Assembly: GCA_002633005.1 (NCBI GenBank)
Contig: NMRA01000554.1
Span: forward strand, 218,282 to 282,281
From: Phoronis australis
Taxonomy: Eukaryota > Animalia > Phoronida
Length of the DNA stretch: 64,000 nt
Reading direction: 5' to 3'
A program made the translations under genes and the position numbers. This document shows positions 53,001 through 62,000 of this stretch, one piece after another (position 1 is the stretch's first letter; each line of letters begins with the position of its first letter). The notes beneath the pieces were generated by a model. That model made no database searches. It saw nothing but the letters and a program-made list of their open reading frames with translations, and was not told the DNA's origin.

Positions 53001-56000
53001 ATAGGAAAAGGTCATGGTCATGGGCTTCGGAGAATACAAAAAATGTTCAAGCTTGGGTAAATAGTACATTAAGACAATGACACTATACTAATCAAATGCA
53101 GAACATATGTTGAGCATTTGCAATAAGATACAAACTAGACAAATTGAAACTGAAGTTACCACCCTTAAATCCTGGCTTACCAAGTTTCGCATTACTATAG
53201 TTTCACTCTTTTTATTGACCCCAAGAGTCAGTTCTTAGAAACATGAGAGTTGGTCCTTCCCAAGCAAATACTTGTTCCCACACTACACTCTTTTGGCAGA
53301 CAACAACTAGTCAGAGCTCCACAAACAAAAAGCACAGCTACCCCAGCCAATATGGTGGAGGACATGTAAAATTTGTGTTTGTGAGACTGTTTAATAACGG
53401 GCAAACGCTACCAATAGCATAACCTCCCCCAACTTTGTTGAAGGAGGTAAAACCAAATTTCAAAGATTTTCAGTAGCGGGAGTCTCATTCTGCATCTTAC
53501 AAATCAAAATGTCCCAAAGTATTGCTGGACTGCTACAGCTGATGAGACACGAACAGCACTGAGATAGCCAATGCAGGAAGATTGATTAAGACGTGAAACA
53601 CCTTCGTTGCTAAGGGTGACAATTCTTTAAACATTTTGCCAACTTTTCCCAGGATGTTGAAGATTTCGCTTTCGACATCCACAGACTCAATAATCCATCC
53701 ATAATTTGCCAGGTAACAGAATACAGGAGCAAAATCCCCAAGCTTTGAGCCAAAATATTCTGATCTGGTGCTCTTACAAGAATCTCTAAAATTATTATTT
53801 TCATGCATGTAACACATACATGAAAGCAATCATGACGCTTAGTAACGAAGGTCTACATTTAATATCATTTTTCAAATTCACTTCCCCTACCTTGTGATAA
53901 ATTTCATAAGAAGGCGCCAGTCTTGCTGCATGCGCACACATGTCTGCGTAGTCAGTGGTGTTCCTCTTCTGTGAGTAGACATTCAGATACTCCAGCCACA
54001 AGTAGGGACAGCTCTGGTTAGACTCCAGGCCTCTAGCAAGCACATTCAGGGCAACGTCGATGCCCACCGATTCGTTTCTACAAATAGAAAAAATTTCATG
54101 TCTTTTGGTTTGTTAGTCCAAGTCCTTGCTGCTATGACTAAAACAAGTGCAATATAACCTAAGTCATATTAAAACATTAGGACCTCTGAGCACCAGGAGG
54201 GAAATTGTGGTAGTTTTAAGGGTAATGTTTATTACCTTTTTCGAAGGCAATTTTGGGTACTCTGAATAGATTTTGAACCATTATAGTTGATTGTTATAAA
54301 AAGAAAATCTTCAAACAGGAAGTGTGACACTGTGAGCTACCCACTCAATACAACAAATGTGTATCTGAGCAGCTGAACTGATATTGAATTAGTTTTATTA
54401 CCTATTTCTGGCATCATTAGTCAAGTGAAATGGCAAATCATTACGTAACTAGAGAGGCTAGGGCTGGGAATCAACAGGTGTCTCCCTCATTGATCACAGT
54501 CATCTGAATGGGAAAGTGAGAGAACAGTTCACTATGACCAGCTAACATATTCAGAAATTGCTGTCTGCGTCACATTTCCTGTTTTGAGGAATTGACAATT
54601 TATCAATTTCATTTTTACAGGAATTCATTACAAAAGGTTGAAATTACCTTTTACAGTAATTAAAATTCACTAAATTGACCAAAAACACCTTAAAAAGGAA
54701 CGGCCACCTTTAACCCCAGTCACGTCACACAGACACTCATGCAGCAAGGCTAGAATAATTAGATCACATTGATGTAATGCAATATTTTACAGGTGTTTAG
54801 CAACTAACCAGACATTCTTACAAGACAAAATCTCAACTAAGTTGGTTGACAATGAAAAGTGACAGGGACAGATGGACAAACTGTTGAATTAGATGAAAAA
54901 GTGGCACGTAGACAGACGGCCAGAATTCTCACTACTTCCATTACCTGGCACCTTGTCAACAATGAAACAAAAGATTATTGTTTAATGGAGGTATTGTAGA
55001 AAATCTCCTAATGTAGTCGTCACTAGGCAATGGGACATCCTAACCCAGATTAGAAAGAAATCTTAATAACCAGAGTATTTGTTTGAGTTGGAAGAATGTA
55101 AATACACTGACGGTGTCCAAAGGTGTTTTGCTATGCTTGAAAGGTACCTATACCACATGACTTTAATGGTTTAGTCAGTGTCAGGCCTAATTTGCAGAAA
55201 AGCTTCCACTTAATGACATCCCTATCGGATGACCACCATCTGTGCCAGCTTCCCTGGCCCAGTTCAGATGGTGGTGCACTTTAAGTCACCATGGTGTAAT
55301 CTCAATATAAACACACACACAAAACAATCAAATTACACAGTTGCACAGGAAGCAAGGAATTAAGCAGATGGTGTAAAACATGTTAATTAGCAGTTGGCTT
55401 AGCCGAGTGATCTGATGTGTTCATTACAGCATTGCCTAATGAGTGATAGAAATGCCTTCCTTTTTCATTTCAGGTTGCGGGTGGATTGTCTTACCTTTGA
55501 GCACCTCTTCTTCGACGAGCCAATTTAATCCATGTGTCAATGTCTGTTGGATTCATTTTGAGAGTGGCCTCCAGTTCATCAGCGTGATTATTGGACAGCA
55601 TGAAGTAGCGAACATCACTCTGTGGACCACCATCGTCCGCATCTTCAACATAAATATAGGATCATTTCAGCCTTAATTCTGCGCAACTTTGAGTATTCTC
55701 ATTGTTCATGGTATTCAAAACTGCATAAGGCAACCAAGGATACATTACAGCTCTGTCAAAACAAAATTATCAGGTTCCTGCAGAACGTCCACTCTAGAAC
55801 TCATAATGCAGCTTCCAAATTCTACCAAGTTAACATTCTCCCAAGTTAACTCTCGACCAAGCGTTAACTCTCGACCAAGCGTAAACACTCGACCAAGCGT
55901 TAACACTCGACCAAGCGTTAACACTCGACCAAGCGTTAACACTCGACCAAGCGTTAACACTCGACCAAGCGTTAACACTCGACCAAGCGTTAACACTCGA

Positions 56001-59000
56001 CCAAGCGTTAACACTCGACCAAGCGTTAACACTCGACCAAGCGTTAACACTCGACCAAGCGTTAACACTCGACCAAGCGTTAACACTCGACCAAGCGTTA
56101 ACACTCGACCAAGCGTTAACACTCGACCAAGCGTTAACACTCGACCAAGNNNAACACTCGACCAAGTTAACACTCGACCAAGTTAACACTCGACCAAGTT
56201 AACACTCGACCAAGTTAACACTCGACTAAGTATTAACACTCGATCAAGTGAACACTCGACCAAGTGAACACTCGACCAAGTTAACACTCGACCAAGTGAA
56301 CACTCGACCAAGTTAACACTCGACCAAGTTAACACTCGACCAAGTTAACACTCGACCAAGTTAAGACTCTAACAACTTAGCATTCTACCAAGTTCACATT
56401 CTCCTCTTTTCTTTGAGCTACTTTTCATAAAGTTCGCATGATGTACACCATTTTTCATGTTTCAGCTCCTCGATGTTCCCTCCATATAAGACTTTGGACA
56501 TCTCACAGATGCAACACTCGCAGTGTTACTGCTTCATTACAAATTCCCTACTGCAAATTCCCTACTGCAAAACGTTTAGCCAGGCATCATTTCATAATAG
56601 TGTTATTCAAGCCTGGAATGGACTTCCTGGCGTCTGACTACCAACATTTTTTCAATAAATAGTCTAATACTGAGGGTACACATAGTGTACCTAATTATTG
56701 GACAGACCCTAAATATCAGACATTTCATAAAATAGCACTTGAAGCATAATCTGAGAAATAAATGACACCAATTTTTATTCCACTGTAATGTATTCAATGT
56801 CCGTCACTCTCTCGTTTTTTACAGCGTTCCCTTGTTTTGATTTCACCGAGAAAGGGTGCAATTTAGACCCCCAAGTTGGCCTAAAATAGACGATCACATA
56901 AATCGGTTGTAACAGTTGAAATCAAAATCTTTTTCCACAATGAAGTAACCTAAATGAACTGACAATATATCACTGTTTCATAACTCAAGTCAAACCTCGG
57001 CCGCACACGTGCTATGAAGTCATGAGCATAATCACCACGTCAAGACAGCAATGTCACCATCTTATCTCAATATAACTTGCGCTATAAAGTCATGAGCATA
57101 ATCCCCACGTCAAGACAACAATGTCACCATCTTATCTCAATATAACTTGCGCTACGAAGTCATGAGCATAATCACCACGTCAAGACAGCAATGTCACCAT
57201 CTTATCTCAATATAACTTGCGCTACGAAGTCATGAGCCTAATCCCCACGTCAAGACAGCAATGTCACCATCTTATCTCAATATAACTTGCGCTACGAAGT
57301 CATGAGCATAATCCCCACGTCAAGACAACAATGTCACAATCTTATCTCAATATAACTTGCACTATGAAGTCACAAGTAACATTAGATAAATGTCAAAATA
57401 AAGCTCACTCCAGAAATGTTTCCTCTCAGCATAGTAAGGTATTATTGAGAAGTTGGGCTTTTAATACTTACGAAAAAATTCAAGCGTGGCACAATATTGA
57501 AGCTAAAATTGAAAATAATAAATTTAAAAACGCAATCTTTTTGAGTTTTTCTTCAAATATTTACATTATTTCTAAAGAAATTTGGCCATGCTACTGATGA
57601 TACCATTGTTTTGCAATGAAAATTCCTTTCCTTTCCTCTACTAAAAACACATGGTCACATGACTGTGAAAGACTGGTATAAAGTTCGATAGTTTAATTCT
57701 CCATGCTTCCTACTTTCCGAAAATTTGTATTTTTGCAGAGATAAATTCTATAGACTTGCGAATATTTAGCTAAATGCCAAGGCTTGCCTGTAAGGTACCT
57801 CATGACTTTAGCCATGACATAGGCCGAAGTCCATGTCACGTAAATAGCTACGTACCATTCACTTCTTCTGTGTACGATGCAACATACTCGGGGACAACTG
57901 CAGGCTGTGTGTCAACTGCTTTAGACACAGGGCGCCACCTTCTGGCATCAGTAAACATATTGTACGGGTAGACATGGCCTGAGTGACTGTTGACTTTCTT
58001 TGCCAGCTTCTCGCACATGAAGTCGAGGCTTTTGCTCGACTTGTACACCTGGTAGAATTGCTCGGCATAGTCCACTGAAAGATGAGAGCAGGTGCTCTTG
58101 TATTGAATCCAGTATTTTTAATCAGAAGATAACTAAGCCGTGTACGGTAACTCAATTATCATAAGTATACTTTGTAGTCTGACAAAACATACATCTTGTA
58201 CTGTCTTGAAGTATTACTTTTTACCCTCCATTCATATCTTGTAATGATTTACACTGTGGAAATAATGGTTTACAAAAAGCAAAGCATTACAAAACATGCG
58301 TCATATTTCATGATAACGGTTATTTTTCACTTATTGAGAATGAAATATGACCGAGAAGTGGAATTCTATTATGTTAAATTTCTCCACCAAAATAAACGTA
58401 TAGAACACCGTAGTCTATTACAAGCATACTTTGCAGTGTGTAAATGTCATGTTAAGACAACGTAAGCAGAAATTCAAATCATTTTCAGAAACAGACAACC
58501 AGCCTTTGAAAAATGGAAAACAATCATTATGGTAATTATGTTTGTGTGTAATAAGTGGAGACTTACTGTAACAGTTATATTGAGACAATATCCATGACTT
58601 TGACAGAACATCAAAGTCACTTCATTACAATTGACTGTTAAAACAGTAGCAGAATTAATTATCTTATTGGAAATTTGGTAATGGTCAGATATAACGTGCC
58701 CAAATTTTAAAACCAATTTTCTCCATTGAATAACGGGCATCAAACTGGTTCTCAAAACAAGGGCATTTTATATCGGACTATTGTTGAAAATTCCGTGTAT
58801 ATGCTGAATGTTGATTATTTCCCTAATTATGAAACAATTACATTGGCTGACCACCTGACCTACCCAATGACTTCTCCAACTGCTCTTCACTATCGGTGTG
58901 TACATCTATGGCTGCGGGGTCGTAGGACAGGAAATCAACCAACACATCCAGATCCTTCATCTTCATACCAGCATTGTGTTGCCTGCAATGAATGTTGATA

Positions 59001-62000
59001 AGAAAACGTCACTAAAATATGAATCATGGCAAGATAGTTATGGAGTCATAAAATTGGAAGTCAATGTAAAACGCCAAATTGTTTGTCTTGAACCAACTTT
59101 GTGTTGCCCAGAAACACTATTAACATTTTTTGATGCACAGCTAAAGTATAAACCTTAACAACATGATCACAAGTTTTATCTAACACACGTTAACTAGTTT
59201 CAATACCAGTAACTTTTTAATTTAAATATTAAATGGTTTAATGATTTGTTTTACAGTCAGTAAAACATGATTTCTTCATGACCTCACTTTTCCCTACAAG
59301 ACAACAGAATTTTTGTCCAAATTGTCATGATAACAAATGCAATAAAAATCAACGACAGAAGGGAAACAAAACCTTACCATGGACACTTGTCATCATTGCA
59401 TGAGCCCATCAAATCAAATCGGCATACCAACTGTTTGGGGTTGATTTTGTTTGCATATGTTCTAGAGGAGATCTTCCCACGGTAATGTTGACTGAACCTG
59501 AAATGGACATGTAATCACAAATCTATTTACTTCAAATCAACAAATGTTGAAAGATCACTGTTGAAGTCACCACTTCATACAGCCTGAGAGACTCCCCCGC
59601 CCTCCTCCATTGTAGGGATTTGAAGACAACTGCCTTGAACAGCCTCCCTTAAAATTTGGACTAACATAGTAAGCATTTCCACTCAACCAGTGACCCTGCT
59701 ATGCAGTTGACATCCCCGTTGCAACTAGAACTACTAACATGGGTACTTGTTAAAGGAAAGGGAAGAATGTGTGATTGTGATACATGTTGAATGTATTAAC
59801 AGAAATTTTCATAATGCAAACAAATGTTGTCAGTAACAGAACTACAAAAATGGGAAAAGATTTAATGAAATTTATAATAATAGTAATCGACGGAGCCAAC
59901 TATTACATGCAATGGATACTTTATAAATAATGCACAATCTGTCAGGTGGTGGCTCATATTACAACAGAAACTTTTAGCTAGTACACAATCACAATACACA
60001 AGAATGGGGACCCTGGGAAATTACGAGGGGCGACACCATACACCAGTCACAAACACACCTAGTGAATAAAGTAAGACAACATTAGAGACATAGAGCAGAC
60101 ATGAACAAAGCCAGTGAACAAAGTTAAGTAACACTAGAGACATATGCCAGACAGCTAGTGAATAAAGTACAACACCTACCGATAAGCTTTGAAGTGATTC
60201 AGGCTGCTGTTATACTTCTGAAACTCACTGTCTTGTGCTGCTGCACGTGACTCACCAAACAAACTATCAATGACTGAGTTACTGATCTGCAAAACAAATT
60301 GGTAATTAGTACGGGTGTACTACATAAGGCACATCAGAACTATGCTAACTGAGGTCAACTGAGGTCAACTTCAATTACCCATCATCCAACACCATGACTG
60401 AAACTTTTGTGAAGAGAAAGTCGATTTCAAAATCTTGTCTAACCATAAAAAAAAAACTCGAGAAAAGAAGATCATAGAAGAACATTGCAGAAAAAGATCG
60501 TGAAAACAAGATTCTGAAAAAAGTAGGCAGGTGGCCTTATACCTCCTGCTGAGCATGTGCACTTAGGCCACACCACTAGGTCTATTGCACCAACCACCTG
60601 GTTACGACTTTTCAAAGAGGACTGTATCACAGGATTAGCTGTAAACAATCAGCACAGGTACAGAAAATCAAACAGAATTGTGCAAAGGTTCACAGAAACA
60701 CATTAAACCCAATTCTTGTTCAAGCTAAAAATGCAGCTTGTCTAGCCAATACAACTGACATCCAATGCACATTTTCAGATAACAGTCTCACACCATATTC
60801 TCAGACAGCATATTTTAAAATTGAGTTTGTGATACACAACTGCTTCATAAGCAACAACTTAATTGCTCATATCATAAGCAACAACCTAATTGCTCATATC
60901 ATAAGCAACAACCTAATTGCTCATATCATAAGCAACAACCTAATTGCTCATATCATAAGCAACAACCTAATTGCTCATATCATAAGCAACAACCTAATTG
61001 CTCATATCATACCTCAAGAGCACTCTTGTCTGTTGTGCATACAGTATTCACACAGTCCTTTGGAGATAAAACTAACAAAGTCCTCTCTTTCAATAACGTT
61101 TCAATGTTGTTACGCACGTTCAGCTCCGGAAGCTTGATAATTGCACTCTCCGTTTTCTTGGCCTCGCTTTTACACATTTTACTTTCCTCCACAAACTCAG
61201 GCACCATATGGGGATTTTCATCAATAAAGGAGTGCCTCTTTGGCAAATCTGCAAAATCTGAATCAATATTGACATCGACGACAATCTTTTCAGCAGTTGC
61301 TGGTTGTAGGGTCACATTTAAATCTTGTGAGAGGCTGCGCCGCACTTGCTCGTGGGCTTTTTGTGACACACTCTTTTTTCGTGTCTTCACTTTCTGTGCC
61401 TCTTTAAGTTTGCGAATCTTTTCGGCAAACTCCCTCTCCAGCTTTTGAAGACGTAGCTTCTCTTTTTCTCGAGCTGTGAGTTTGAGCTTGGGTTTCTGTT
61501 CAACACCACTAGATTTCTTTGGTTTGGCCTGTAACTTTGGTTTCTTAACATCCTAGAAATAAAAAAATGAAAAGGACTGGAGGTCAAATGCAAAAACATT
61601 AATTAAGATTTTTTATTTAGCCATTTCTTAATGAAGATGACACTACTAACTACGTGAATTATGGGACTAGAGGAACATCATTAGGCAAACTCCCTTCCAA
61701 CAAAAGGAAGTTATTTTTTTTCTCTGGCAATCTAAAAGAACTAAATTAAGAGCGATCAACTGAAACAGACAAGACCAAGGAGGTTGGTGGTACCTGTGTT
61801 CAGTATTATTGAAATCTTCATTTTAATTGACACACCAGTCTACAAAACAACATTTAAATCATAATTCATGCCTCACCAATGTCATTCTCATCACCACCAT
61901 CTAAAATCTTGCTCACAAAAATTGTTCGTTTGTGCAAAATGTCATGTCTTGCAAAATACTTTATTTTCATTTTCGGGGAACTTCAAATACGAAAGGTATG

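Noticed and set aside
53533-53829. 98-aa minus ORF next to a ZFC3H1 exon
   Set aside because: ZFC3H1 homology continues directly from exon 53891 to exon 29200; this ORF has no recognisable motif or matching splice phase.
55655-55672. In-frame TGA as possible selenocysteine or readthrough in ZFC3H1
   Set aside because: An in-phase acceptor downstream removes it; no SECIS evidence.
55689-56189. ORFs with SVNTRP / LGRVLT / WSSVNA repeats
   Set aside because: Open frames through an 18-bp satellite; no independent coding evidence.
55841-57372. Regular short repeats resembling a CRISPR array
   Set aside because: Head-to-tail units with no unique spacers, no cas genes, eukaryotic intron context.
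60829-61448. Plus-strand ORFs 60829..61137 and 61026..61448
   Set aside because: Tandem-repeat frame and antisense shadow of a ZFC3H1 exon.
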